A stretch of 64,000 nucleotides of DNA from an uncultured delta proteobacterium (GTDB lineage Bacteria > Desulfobacterota > Desulfomonilia > Desulfomonilales > Desulfomonilaceae), in NCBI GenBank assembly GCA_963789265.1, contig CAWBKB010000001.1:2144001-2208000 (forward strand), in the 5' to 3' direction. The notes beneath the pieces are model-generated. The model was not told the origin of the DNA, searched no databases, and worked only from the letters and a program-made list of their open reading frames with translations. A program made the translations under genes and the position numbers. Shown one piece after another: positions 17,960 to 27,751 of this stretch (positions within the stretch are counted from its first letter, which is position 1; every line of letters begins with the position of its first letter).

Positions 17960-20650
17960 CTAAATTTCGTAAAAGGCTTCGGCCAAATCTAGTTGCTCGA
18001 GTTCCGTCATTTGTGAATCAAGTTGCTTGGATCTGTCCTCGAATAAGCTAAATGACGGAACGATGGCTTCCTCCTTGATATCCGTAGAGACTTTCGAGAG
18101 GATTTCCAAATTTCTTTCTCGCTCCGTATAATAGACTATAAGATCCTCAAGAAATCTGTCCGTAGCAGCCAAATACTTCGAACGTTCCTCGGTGAATTTG
18201 TCGGCACATACTGTCAACTCGTTGAAAAAAGAATTAAGTGCAGATGATATGACATGAAACACATTGTTCTTGATATTTGTAAACCATATATCAAGAAAAG
18301 CTTCTTCGAAAAGTGGTTTAAATTGATCGATAAAGCTCCAGTCCTCAATCTTTTTGCTCTTGACCAACTCATGGAGTGTTTTCCGCGTATCCTCATCATA
18401 CTCGCTGCGGCTCTGTTCAATCCTGGACTTCGTATTGTCGGTAGCCATTCCTATGCCCCACGTCAGAATCATCGTGATCAAATTTATTGCTACGCCCAGT
18501 CCGACCGTTACGGGCAGCGTCTGATTAAGATTGGTCGATGAATAGTAATACAACAAATAGCCTACAGATCCGACAACAAAACCGGCAATTGTGTATCCCG
18601 TTAGCCGCCGGAATCGCGATCGTCTCATCAGGCGAATATTGGCTTCCAACCTTTGCTTTCTGTCGGAGAGCAACAAATTTTTTGCATCTCCAAGAGTGCG
18701 TAACAATGATGATGAGGCTTCTTCGAAGGCATCTATGGCCTTTTGAACATTCTCGTATAATCGAGACTTTTCCTTTGAATCTAGCTCGTCATTCCAGTTG
18801 CGCACGAGCAGACGCACCTGTTCATGTAGGTCTTTGCCCGCCAGGTCTTTTATTCGTGTGCGTAAGGTGGACAATCTTTCGAATTGATCATTGAGTAACC
18901 CCTCTAATTCTTGCCGCTTTTCGTTGTATCCAAAGAAAATTGCCGATATGGTTTGTTTCTTCCAGTTATTTATTGCTGCATCTGCTAGATGCACCTGCTC
19001 AAGTTTGTCGATGGCTTGAACAATGCCGACTTGTTGCGCTAACTCCCTGGCATTAATGGCTAATATCGCGGTTTTATAGACTTGAACCGATTTGAAGAAC
19101 CCATTAAGCATTTCCGAGATCTGCTCCGACGACTCCTCTATCAGCTCATGAGCTTGACCTAGGATTGATCTATTATTAACTGCTTCTGCGAGCAGTCCCG
19201 TCGAGTCCATCAAATGAGATGCCTTCCTATGCAATTCTTCGGCTGCCGCTTTCGTAGTCTCTTCCGCAGAGAGCCGGTCCCGCTCTGGAATACGTGTTTC
19301 CAGGTCTGCTACGAGAGCGCCTCCGCCTATTGACATATTCGAGCCACTAATCTCTATTTGTTCCCAGTTCTTAGACATGCTTATTTCATCCGCTATGCCG
19401 TGGATCCTTTCTGATAGGGCCTTAGAAAATCGCGATTTTAGGGATCTGCACAAAGTTTCGGCTTTGCTTTCGGCCCAATACTTCAGATCTTGTTGAATCG
19501 AAGTCAAAGAATTGGTCACGATCTCAAGTCTCGTGGCTTGAGTCGGGAGGTTTCCAAATGGGGAAATGTTGCTTGTCCATTCAGAAAGTTTATTGCGGAC
19601 CTGGTTCAGCCGGTGGCGCTGCTCCAACCAACTCTCGGTTAACCTATTGTTTGCAATCAGCACAGTCTCCTGATAATTTTGATGATTCTCTTGAGCGGTG
19701 GATAGTAGCCCCCTGAGAGAGTGAATCTTCTTCTCCAAATAGCTCTCATAGAATTCCTTGATATTTTTGGCACTCCTTAGAAAATAAGCTATCTTGTGGA
19801 TGTGCAGGTCATTCGGAGAGTTCTTAAGCCTCGAATCAGCAATGAGTGACATCAACGAATCCACACGAAAGTCGTGGAGATTGTCGATAAGAAAGACCTC
19901 GTTCCGCAAAATTGATTTGCCTGGAACCGAGGCGGCCAATCTGGATATGAACTCTGCAATGAATTGATCAGCCCGTTTCTGGTCGAAATTGGCCTCTTCG
20001 AGTGGCGCATTCCTGTCCCTCTTAAATTCATCTGCCCGTGTTATCAGGAACTTGATCTGGATGAAGGGGAGATCAGCATGGGCTTTACGCAATGTTGGCA
20101 GATCAGTAGAATCGAGAGTAACGGCAGCCGAGAACACGTAGATTATCCAATCACATATAGGAAGGAAGTCGCGGACCATTTCTTCTAAGACCAAAGGGTC
20201 GCCTGATCCAGGAGTATCAACGAGGACCACTTCTTTAAGAAGGGCGCTTTCAACTAAAGACGAGCCAACTTCAAGTTCACCTCGACGGTGCATTCCGATC
20301 AAGCTCTGAGAATTGCATGGGTGTGTTATTAAAGTTACTGCTTTGTCGGTTGGATGCAGGCCTGTCAGGCGTGCAACGGAAGAGCCACTTTGGTTTAGGA
20401 GGGAGTTTATGGTACTAGACTTTCCAGAGGAAAAGTGCCCCAGCAAACCAACGTAGGTAAGAGCACTATCCTTTGTAGAGTATTGTTCCAGACTGCGCTT
20501 TAGCCTACGTAATTCGAGGAGCCTCTCATGACATTCCGCGTTCGACGAAACATCGAAGGAATGTTCCGCTTCGGGGGCTGTTAGGTTATTTTCGAGGCGG
20601 ACTAGGCTGTGCAAAAGACTCTTGCAGATCACATCGTGCCCTTTTTGCAT
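17960..20650 (-). CDS. Dynamin-like GTPase (~896 aa) with long helical stalk and two C-terminal TM segments
   Basis: GHFSSGKSS (G1), HPTD (G2), DTPG (G3), TRAD (G4); hydrophobic GYTIAGFVVGSVGYLLYYY and VTVGLGVAINLITMILTWGIGM; GGGAG RBS before ATG 20650. Confidence 0.75.
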   Translation of the reverse strand: MQKGHDVICKSLLHSLVRLENNLTAPEAEHSFDVSSNAECHERLLELRRLKRSLEQYSTKDSALTYVGLLGHFSSGKSSTINSLLNQSGSSVARLTGLHPTDKAVTLITHPCNSQSLIGMHRRGELEVGSSLVESALLKEVVLVDTPGSGDPLVLEEMVRDFLPICDWIIYVFSAAVTLDSTDLPTLRKAHADLPFIQIKFLITRADEFKRDRNAPLEEANFDQKRADQFIAEFISRLAASVPGKSILRNEVFLIDNLHDFRVDSLMSLIADSRLKNSPNDLHIHKIAYFLRSAKNIKEFYESYLEKKIHSLRGLLSTAQENHQNYQETVLIANNRLTESWLEQRHRLNQVRNKLSEWTSNISPFGNLPTQATRLEIVTNSLTSIQQDLKYWAESKAETLCRSLKSRFSKALSERIHGIADEISMSKNWEQIEISGSNMSIGGGALVADLETRIPERDRLSAEETTKAAAEELHRKASHLMDSTGLLAEAVNNRSILGQAHELIEESSEQISEMLNGFFKSVQVYKTAILAINARELAQQVGIVQAIDKLEQVHLADAAINNWKKQTISAIFFGYNEKRQELEGLLNDQFERLSTLRTRIKDLAGKDLHEQVRLLVRNWNDELDSKEKSRLYENVQKAIDAFEEASSSLLRTLGDAKNLLLSDRKQRLEANIRLMRRSRFRRLTGYTIAGFVVGSVGYLLYYYSSTNLNQTLPVTVGLGVAINLITMILTWGIGMATDNTKSRIEQSRSEYDEDTRKTLHELVKSKKIEDWSFIDQFKPLFEEAFLDIWFTNIKNNVFHVISSALNSFFNELTVCADKFTEERSKYLAATDRFLEDLIVYYTERERNLEILSKVSTDIKEEAIVPSFSLFEDRSKQLDSQMTELEQLDLAEAFYEI

Positions 20651-21046
20651 ACGAGACTCCCCTTTTTTGAATTCCAGGCAGAGGCATTCATTGCTTCGCT
20701 TCGTCGCCAACTTCCTGGACCAGACTCTTAGCTCCCTATTCCCGTTCGGTCCAGCTATTGGTGCAGAAATCGTCGTCTTCATTTCCATATGTCCAAAAAT
20801 AAGTTGAACTGTGCGGATGTCGAGAGTTGCTCCAGGAGAGCGTCGCGAAAGGATACCGGAAGTTCTCGATATAGGACTTTGTGTCCAGCCAGTGTGCAAA
20901 GCCCAATAACGCCCCCAAGAGATCAAACATGTCGGCTACAAGCGCATAATTATACACCTGCATACGGAACGTCAAGGGACCTTTTTGATTTTATTGGAAA
21001 ACATTGTTGGTGCCGTGCGAACGCCGGTAAAACCAGGGAACCGACG

Positions 21047-21355
21047 CTAAGTTTCTTCCACAAAAACCACTCTCACAACTTCCGAAAGAACTCGCACGCT
21101 ATGTTTGTGCTCCCTCCAGGAAGGGATGAGGACTCGGTCTCTCGAGTTATATACAAGTCGTTCATTTTCAAAAGTTATTTCGAGTTGGCCCTCAAGGATA
21201 TACCCGATATAGCCTTTTTCGCACCACGGGGGTTCCAGTTCTCCTCTGCATTCAAGCAGACGCAATCTCATGTCGCCATGCTTTATTACTTTGTGGCGAC
21301 CGTTGGCCATAGGCGTCTGCCACGGAACAGACACGAAGTTTATCATGTAATTCAT
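21047..21355 (-). CDS. Small cupin, degenerate paralogue of 23505..23813
   Basis: Same 102-aa length; PWCEKGYIGY versus HWCEKGHIGY. Confidence 0.7.
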   Translation of the reverse strand: MNYMINFVSVPWQTPMANGRHKVIKHGDMRLRLLECRGELEPPWCEKGYIGYILEGQLEITFENERLVYNSRDRVLIPSWREHKHSVRVLSEVVRVVFVEET

Positions 21356-21427
21356 GCGTTAGCTCCTTTACATGAAAACTTCGTACCGATAGTTGCCCAC
21401 CACCTACCCGACCTCGGTTCTCAACTT

Positions 21428-21778
21428 CTACAATTCAGGAGCGCTGGATGGAACAAGACAAACGAAAGTTAACCGTTCCTTGCCGGTATTTCGGATTTGA
21501 TGTTCTTCATTGCGGGGTATAAACACGACGTTGCCGGCTTTGACAGGGTTCCATTGCCCGTTGCCGTAAAGCTCGCCCTCACCCGAATGGATGAACATCT
21601 CATGCTCCCATTCATGTGAATGCTTCGGCGTGTTCCCTCCCGCAGCAACTTCAAAGACCCGCATGCAAAAATTATTCGCCTTGTCTTTCTTGCCGATGAC
21701 AACTCGAGCTGCTATGCCTTTTGCTTCGGCACTTTCAAAGACAGTCGGTTCAACTTCGGCATAAGCCGTAATCTTCAT
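21428..21778 (-). CDS. Cupin 2 domain protein
   Basis: TPKHSHEWEHE, PRNEEHQ; GAGGAGG RBS. Confidence 0.85.
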   Translation of the reverse strand: MKITAYAEVEPTVFESAEAKGIAARVVIGKKDKANNFCMRVFEVAAGGNTPKHSHEWEHEMFIHSGEGELYGNGQWNPVKAGNVVFIPRNEEHQIRNTGKERLTFVCLVPSSAPEL

Positions 21779-21911
21779 AAGATCCTCCTCGAATGTTGCC
21801 CATGATTCGGAAATCTGGCGCAAGGACAGTGCCAATCGACTTCGGCACCCCTTGATCCGCATCCTCGGGAAAAGTTCTGCAATTGGAGTTTCACGACGAT
21901 CTAGTTTGTTG

Positions 21912-22613
21912 CTAGCACCGACATGCCGGCGGAGACGGGGCTTGCCAATATTCAATAAATTCTCGGACCTCTTTTTTGGTTTCGATGATGCCGAAATGGC
22001 CTTCGAGAAGAAGATCGGCCTTCAAGTTGAGGAGTCTTGCCAACGAAGCCAGATACTGTTCTTCATCAGACAGGAATTCCGAATGGATCGGACCGCTGAT
22101 GTCTTGCCCGAAAAGGACAAGTTGACCGTCAAGGTCTGTAGTATACACGACCGAACCTGGAGAATGACCCGGGCAGTGAATGGCTGTCACCGTACCGCTA
22201 CCGACAGTAAGGGTCGATATTTGGCCCTGCAACTTGATATCGACGACAAACGGTTCGAGGTGTGCTCCACACCGGGCGGCCCCAGTAACACGGTCGTCGC
22301 CCGATTCGAGATAAATCGCATCCAACTCATGAGCCACGATTCGGCAGCCGTATTCGTCTCTCACGGCCTTGGCCCCACCGGCATGATCGAAGTGACAGTG
22401 AGTCAGCAGAAGGTATTCGAGTTGCACATCTGGTTCCAGGCATTCGGCAATGTTTTTTCTCAATTGCTGGTGATCTCGCCCACTTCCGGCATCAATTAAG
22501 GCTGCTTTGTCCCCGAAACGTACGAGGTAGGCGCCGGCGTCCGTGGGATCGGTCAGTCCCCTTCCACCAACTTGCCAGAGATTGTTCTCGATTCTTATTT
22601 TCACTCCAGTCAC
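21912..22613 (-). CDS. Metallo-beta-lactamase-fold hydrolase
   Basis: THCHFDHAGG, PGHSPG, GQD, EGH. Confidence 0.85.
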   Translation of the reverse strand: MTGVKIRIENNLWQVGGRGLTDPTDAGAYLVRFGDKAALIDAGSGRDHQQLRKNIAECLEPDVQLEYLLLTHCHFDHAGGAKAVRDEYGCRIVAHELDAIYLESGDDRVTGAARCGAHLEPFVVDIKLQGQISTLTVGSGTVTAIHCPGHSPGSVVYTTDLDGQLVLFGQDISGPIHSEFLSDEEQYLASLARLLNLKADLLLEGHFGIIETKKEVREFIEYWQAPSPPACRC

Positions 22614-22912
22614 CTATTTGTACTGTGCAAAGGTTAATCGGCTCACTTTAATCTTCATCCCGACCATCTGACAATCCTCGGCGTCACTTCACGTCCTCCA
22701 CCGTTTCGGATGATTGATAGGAAGGATGTGCGTTTCTTCGTGTTGTTGCCGAATAATCGGGGTTAAGTATACTTATTATAGTCGTGGCAGGTACAGCACG
22801 CAAGTAACACAGCATGGAGTGGGCTTCATTTGAGCGAGATGAAACCAACTAAAGCTGGTGCATTCACCGGCAGTGCCTGGTAACCAGAACTCCGAAAAAC
22901 GTTCAGGAACAT

Positions 22913-23131
22913 CTACGCGTACATCAAGCGACCCTTGGGCTCCGGGATGGGGCGACCTAATTCTTGGGCTGTTTCTATCCACTCCTCAATGATTGTTTGT
23001 ACGTTGGATATTGCTTCTTGATACGTAGCCCCGTCCGCAGCACAGCCCTCCAACTCCGGGACTTCCGCAACAAAAGCCTGATCCTCATCACTCCAGTATA
23101 TGATAACCTCGTAGCGATAATTAGCGGCCAT
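22913..23131 (-). CDS. hicB: HicB-family antitoxin
   Basis: YEVIIYWSDEDQAFVAEVPELEGCAADG…GRPIPEPKG. Confidence 0.85.
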   Translation of the reverse strand: MAANYRYEVIIYWSDEDQAFVAEVPELEGCAADGATYQEAISNVQTIIEEWIETAQELGRPIPEPKGRLMYA

Positions 23132-23392
23132 CGTGTTCTTGACCTCTAACGCGGTAGTTAATGATTGCATGTCACACTTGCTTGACCTGGTACGATTTGG
23201 CCCTTCCGCCACTTTTGGGCTGCAGATTCAGTATCTCCTTCACCCCCTCTTTTTTGTGAAAATGTTATGACTTCCGCGGATTCGTTCCTGAAACCCAAGA
23301 GCACGGAGTAATGCTCGTATTCCTTCGAAACGTATATTTGCATCGAAGGAGCCACGAAGCATGCTGCCAAGGAGCTTCTCATGCTCACTCAC
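23121..23392 (-). pseudogene. hicA: HicA-family toxin, disrupted
   Basis: DANIRF…RIRGSHNIF; frameshift in an A-run at ~23252; then ILNLQP…AKSYQVKQV followed by a premature TGA at ~23172. Confidence 0.75.
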
Positions 23393-23504
23393 GAAAGTGT
23401 TCCTTGCCTGAATTCGCCGAAGAAATACGCCCATCCTGACGGTTCAGCACAATCTTTCGCCATCTTAAGAACTCAGTTTTTCCCTTGCGTCCATTCGCAA
23501 ATAT

Positions 23505-23813
23505 CTAGAGGTCTTCTACAAAAATCACCCTCACCACTTCAGAAAGCACCCGCCCGCTATGTTTATGCTCCTTCCCGGAAGGGATAAAGATCCCGTCTCC
23601 CGGATTGTATACGAGCCGTTCGTTTTCGAATGTTATTTCTAGTTGGCCTTCAAGGACATAGCCGATATGGCCTTTTTCGCACCAGTGAGGTTCCAGATCT
23701 CTCGCGTATTCAACCAGACGCAATTGCTTGTCGCCATGCTTCATAACCTTGTGGCGAACACTTTTCATAGGCGTTTCCCAGGGAATAGACGCGAAGTCAA
23801 CTTTGTAACTCAT
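23505..23813 (-). CDS. Small cupin (HWCEKGH type)
   Basis: LRLVEY…HWCEKGHIGYVLEG…EHKH. Confidence 0.8.
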   Translation of the reverse strand: MSYKVDFASIPWETPMKSVRHKVMKHGDKQLRLVEYARDLEPHWCEKGHIGYVLEGQLEITFENERLVYNPGDGIFIPSGKEHKHSGRVLSEVVRVIFVEDL

Positions 23814-23971
23814 GGATTCGGCCCTCCCAGTACGGTTTGCTCCGCGTTCTCATGCTCCGGGAATGCATGCCCGGAAGCTTCACCTGCTAGGTGAACTCCA
23901 CCCGGTGCATTCGCGGGGAAAGTCTCCGAAAATGGATTACCGAGCAGAGCCTGACAACTGGGGAAAACGGC

Positions 23972-24259
23972 CTAATTGGAGGCTGCATCGTTCAGTTGTC
24001 TGTATCGGCCTTTGTTGTCTATTCCCAGCGGCTTTGCTTGAAAACCTTTCACTCCTGTCTCTACACTGGAAGCTTCCGTGTCTACAGTGCTCTTCACTCG
24101 ATGTAAAAAGAAAAAGACCGTGTTGTGGGCCTTCATCAAAATGTTGGTGCCCAACAACGAATCGATACGACTGAAGATCGGAGCGCCACCTACATTGACG
24201 ACCCCGCCAATAAGAATGATCGCCAGGACGATAACGATGACGGCAACAAATGTACGCAT
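23972..24259 (-). CDS. Small membrane-anchored hypothetical protein
   Basis: N-terminal hydrophobic helix; AGGAGG RBS. Confidence 0.6.
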   Translation of the reverse strand: MRTFVAVIVIVLAIILIGGVVNVGGAPIFSRIDSLLGTNILMKAHNTVFFFLHRVKSTVDTEASSVETGVKGFQAKPLGIDNKGRYRQLNDAASN

Positions 24260-24312
24260 GATTTACCCTCCTTTTGCGATGGAGCTAATCTGGTACTCCT
24301 TACTCTTGCAGG

Positions 24313-24813
24313 CTATTTCTCCCAATCCTCCAGATCGACACGACTTGGATCAATTATGGTGACTTTGGAATTTCGTAAAGCGAGCCATTTCCCACATTTC
24401 TTGCACTGAATTTTCACTCCGGTCTTCTTGATGATTTTTTCCACCGGGATGCGGCAATCATCGCAGACGATTTCGGCGCTCTCAAGAGAATCCAGCACGT
24501 ACGCTTCCCAGATCTGCCCGCTGGAAGATTCGATTTCCAAAAGTCTCTTTACGGCCTCCACCATTGCAGCCGCATCTGAAGCCGAGAAGCTGTCCAGGGC
24601 GGAGGTGGACTCGATAGTTCCTACCAGTTTCCTGTAATCGTGAGCAGACCTTTCGCGCACCTTTGACCTTACACGAACGGAAGGCTTTTTTCGCGGCCAT
24701 TGAACGTTGATCGTGTGGGAGCGGACAAAACCTTTCAATTTCTCGGGATAGGTCTTGCAGTACCATACTGCAAAGATGACTACCCAGATCATGATGCCGA
24801 TAAGGATCTCCAT
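24313..24813 (-). CDS. Membrane-anchored protein with C-terminal zinc ribbon
   Basis: N-terminal TM segment; CDDC…CKKC. Confidence 0.6.
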   Translation of the reverse strand: MEILIGIMIWVVIFAVWYCKTYPEKLKGFVRSHTINVQWPRKKPSVRVRSKVRERSAHDYRKLVGTIESTSALDSFSASDAAAMVEAVKRLLEIESSSGQIWEAYVLDSLESAEIVCDDCRIPVEKIIKKTGVKIQCKKCGKWLALRNSKVTIIDPSRVDLEDWEK

Positions 24814-24814
24814 T

Positions 24815-25453
24815 TCAATTAGTTCCTGAGCATCGGCCGGTTGCAACCTTCGAGTCGGCGAGAAGCTTAAGCTCCGCTATAAGACCCTCCACCTGGCGAC
24901 GAGTGTCCTCCAACGAGCTGCCGTTATCCACAAGCCGATCCGCACGCTTCTTCTTCTCCTCGATGGGCATTTGAGCATCAAGTCGGGCACGGGCGTCTTC
25001 AAGGGACATTCCATCGCGACTTACCAGCCGCTCTTCCTGCACAGGCCGCGGGGCATACACCACTATAACCAGATCGCAAAATCGCTCCCATCCGCTTTCG
25101 TATAGTAGAGGAACGTCTACGACCGCAATTGGGCGACCTTGACGTTCCAGGTCTCTCAATCTTCGGTTCTGTCCCTCTGCTACTCTGGGATGGATAATGG
25201 ATTCTAGTATCTTTCGTTTCGATCGGTCAGAAAAGACTTGTCGAGCCATAGCCTCCCGGTCAAGCTTGCCCTCGGCGTCCAGGAGATCTTCCCCAAAGGC
25301 CCGACGAATTTCAGCCAGGCCCGAGGAGCCCGGTTCAACAGCTTCTCTCGCCAGTTCGTCCGCGGAAATGACAGGAATGCCGGCCTCCCTGAACATCGTG
25401 CTAACCGTACTCTTACCCGACGCAATGCCTCCAGTCAATCCAACAACCAGCAT
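24815..25453 (-). CDS. coaE: Dephospho-CoA kinase
   Basis: VGLTGGIASGKS, LESIIHP, DVPLLYE. Confidence 0.95.
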   Translation of the reverse strand: MLVVGLTGGIASGKSTVSTMFREAGIPVISADELAREAVEPGSSGLAEIRRAFGEDLLDAEGKLDREAMARQVFSDRSKRKILESIIHPRVAEGQNRRLRDLERQGRPIAVVDVPLLYESGWERFCDLVIVVYAPRPVQEERLVSRDGMSLEDARARLDAQMPIEEKKKRADRLVDNGSSLEDTRRQVEGLIAELKLLADSKVATGRCSGTN

Positions 25454-25705
25454 TTCAAGCGCTCACCTGTAAATTGGAAATAAGCGGAATATGACCGTCT
25501 TGCGTGCTAATGTCCACCGGCTTATTGCCGGTCGCGGCAAAATATACTGAAAACCCGGGAGAATTTGTGCCAAGGCCACCCTTCCCCAACTTCTCGGACA
25601 AAGGGTGAGAAACGACAAGAATCCCTTCGCGCGTCTCCCGCGGATGTGAGATGGAAGACTGATGTTCTTTTCGAAACGAACATCGAAGGGCCAAAACATT
25701 GGCCT

Positions 25706-26257
25706 CTATTCCTTTTTCTTCAGCTCCTCCCATGCAGCGTCAACGGCGCGGTCGATCTTCTTGCCTGTTTTTTCCATCACATCCCGGAAAACGCTCCACT
25801 GGTCCTTTACGGCCTTGGCCATCCTTGCAGTCTGCTCTTCGAACAATTTGACCTGTTCCTCGCCTAGCCGACCCGTTGCCTCCCACTGTTTGTCCAGCAC
25901 TTCCCTGGCCTGGTTTACGCAGAGATTGAAAGTGTCCTGAGTCACGTTGCTAATAGTCTTCAGCCTCGCCGTGAGTTCACTGAAGAAGCTATCCCATTCC
26001 AGTTTCTTTTCCTGCTGCAGAAGATCCCAAGATTGCTTTAGCCTTTCCGCGGCACGTTCAATGTCATCAGACGCCATTTTGCCGGACTGTTTCATGGTCT
26101 TTGCGGCCTGGTCCACGGCTGCGATGAACTCCTGCCTGGACGCTCCCCAACTCTTGCGAAGTAGGGATCGGGCCTCGCCGAGCATGAACATCCCGACGGT
26201 TCCAAGATTGTCCATTAGCTCTGTGATTGCATCCTTGATATTGCTTTTTTCCTCCAT
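25706..26257 (-). CDS. Helical hypothetical protein
   Basis: Open amphipathic ORF; GGAGG RBS. Confidence 0.6.
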   Translation of the reverse strand: MEEKSNIKDAITELMDNLGTVGMFMLGEARSLLRKSWGASRQEFIAAVDQAAKTMKQSGKMASDDIERAAERLKQSWDLLQQEKKLEWDSFFSELTARLKTISNVTQDTFNLCVNQAREVLDKQWEATGRLGEEQVKLFEEQTARMAKAVKDQWSVFRDVMEKTGKKIDRAVDAAWEELKKKE

Positions 26258-26515
26258 GGTCCCCTCCACTCTTGCCTCAAAGATATGGACATCCATATTG
26301 GTACGGTAACAGTTCATTAAGATGTCGTCAACACGGTTCGCGGGATTGTTCTTTCATGAAAGCCCCGTCGTGAGGTATTATATGCCTATCGTAACAACCC
26401 GTGGAGTACTCCCAAGGCAAAACCTCGGCGTCTTGTCTGCCTCTCTGCAACGTCATGCGTACGCCGAGTCAGTTTGCCTTCAATCTAGCCAACGGAACAG
26501 GCAGGACAAAACGCT

Positions 26516-26854
26516 ATGGACGGGAAAAATCCGAAGGAAGCGCAGGCGGCCGGGGAGCCCGATCGATTGAGTACAGAAGACCAAGTGCAGAAGGATTCTC
26601 TTTCGCAACTGGAAGAGGAGCGCATACCCTGGGCAGAAATCATCAGCGAACCCGAACAGGGACCGTACGCGACAAGTGAAGAAAATCCAACCACCCGGGA
26701 AGGTCACCGTGTCAACATCTCGTTTGGCTACGGCTTTTTTTCGCGGATCTACAACATGCTTGCCGAAAGCAATCCGCATGGCCCCATGGAAGGCCCTCCG
26801 CTGGCCGTCCTTGCCCTGATTCTGCTTGCATTTATCCTATGGATGTCAACATGA
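26516..26854 (+). CDS. Acidic hypothetical protein with C-terminal TM segment
   Basis: AGGA RBS; C-terminal LAVLALILLAFILW; overlaps the next gene. Confidence 0.55.
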   Translation: MDGKNPKEAQAAGEPDRLSTEDQVQKDSLSQLEEERIPWAEIISEPEQGPYATSEENPTTREGHRVNISFGYGFFSRIYNMLAESNPHGPMEGPPLAVLALILLAFILWMST

Positions 26855-27729
26855 GAGGGGTCGGATTGGAGAACCATACCACGGTTGTCATCCCCGCCTT
26901 TAATGAGGAAGACACCATAAGGGAGGTGGTGCTGGGAGTCAGGAAAAGTCTGCCGCACGCCAGTATCCTGGTGATTGACGACGGCTCCTCTGACTCAACA
27001 GCCTCGATAGCTCGAGAAGCCGGCGCGGAGGTGATCTCTCATCCTCTTAACAAGGGGAACGGGGCTGCCATCAAGACCGCATTGCGTACCATTGACGGCG
27101 GCCTGGTCGCGGTGCTTGACGGCGACGGCCAGCATGATCCTGAAGATTTACCGGCTCTCCTGAATGGACTGAACAATTACGATCTCGTGGTTGGGGCACG
27201 CTCCTTCACCTCGGATGAAGGATCCGTTTTCAGGAATTGCGGCAACTTCATACTGCGCAAGCTTGCCTCGTTTCTTGCGGAACAGGACATTCCGGACCTG
27301 ACTTCCGGATTCCGCGCCTTTCGGCACCATATCGCGGCGAAATTCCTGCATATCTACCCGAATGGCTATTCTTTCCCCTCCACTAGCACACTGAGTTTTA
27401 TAACTGCCGGTTATAATGTGGCTTTCATGCCGATTAGAGCCCGTCGGCGCCCGGCCCATACAGACAGCAAACTCCATCCGTTCCGGGACGGCTTCAGGTT
27501 CATCATGTTCATCCTTCGAATTATAACTATGTCAAATCCCAATAAGATCTTCTTCCCTACCGGCCTGGCCATGGTACTCGCCGGCATCGTCCTTACTATC
27601 CGAAACCTCATCCTTTTTGCCCAATTCTCGGGAGGCACGGTTCTATTCCTGGCCGGGGGTATGAACATTATTTTTTTCGGCCTCATTTTGGACCAGTTCG
27701 CGTTGCTCCGGCTTCAGGATCACGACTAG
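26839..27729 (+). CDS. GT2 glycosyltransferase (DPM1-like); start codon uncertain
   Basis: VVIPAFNEE, DDGSSD, DGDGQH, SGFRAF; two C-terminal TM segments. Confidence 0.9.
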   Translation: MDVNMRGVGLENHTTVVIPAFNEEDTIREVVLGVRKSLPHASILVIDDGSSDSTASIAREAGAEVISHPLNKGNGAAIKTALRTIDGGLVAVLDGDGQHDPEDLPALLNGLNNYDLVVGARSFTSDEGSVFRNCGNFILRKLASFLAEQDIPDLTSGFRAFRHHIAAKFLHIYPNGYSFPSTSTLSFITAGYNVAFMPIRARRRPAHTDSKLHPFRDGFRFIMFILRIITMSNPNKIFFPTGLAMVLAGIVLTIRNLILFAQFSGGTVLFLAGGMNIIFFGLILDQFALLRLQDHD

Positions 27730-27751
27730 AAACTCGGGCAGGGTCCTCCAG

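Noticed and set aside
17507..17963. ORFs between the methyltransferase and the GTPase as a controller (C) protein
   Set aside because: No HTH motif recognised; the listed ORFs are antisense and the sense-strand 59-aa ORF is featureless
20651..20975. 92-aa N-terminal extension of the GTPase and an overlapping 79-aa ORF
   Set aside because: A better RBS precedes ATG 20650 and the extension shows no domain-like features
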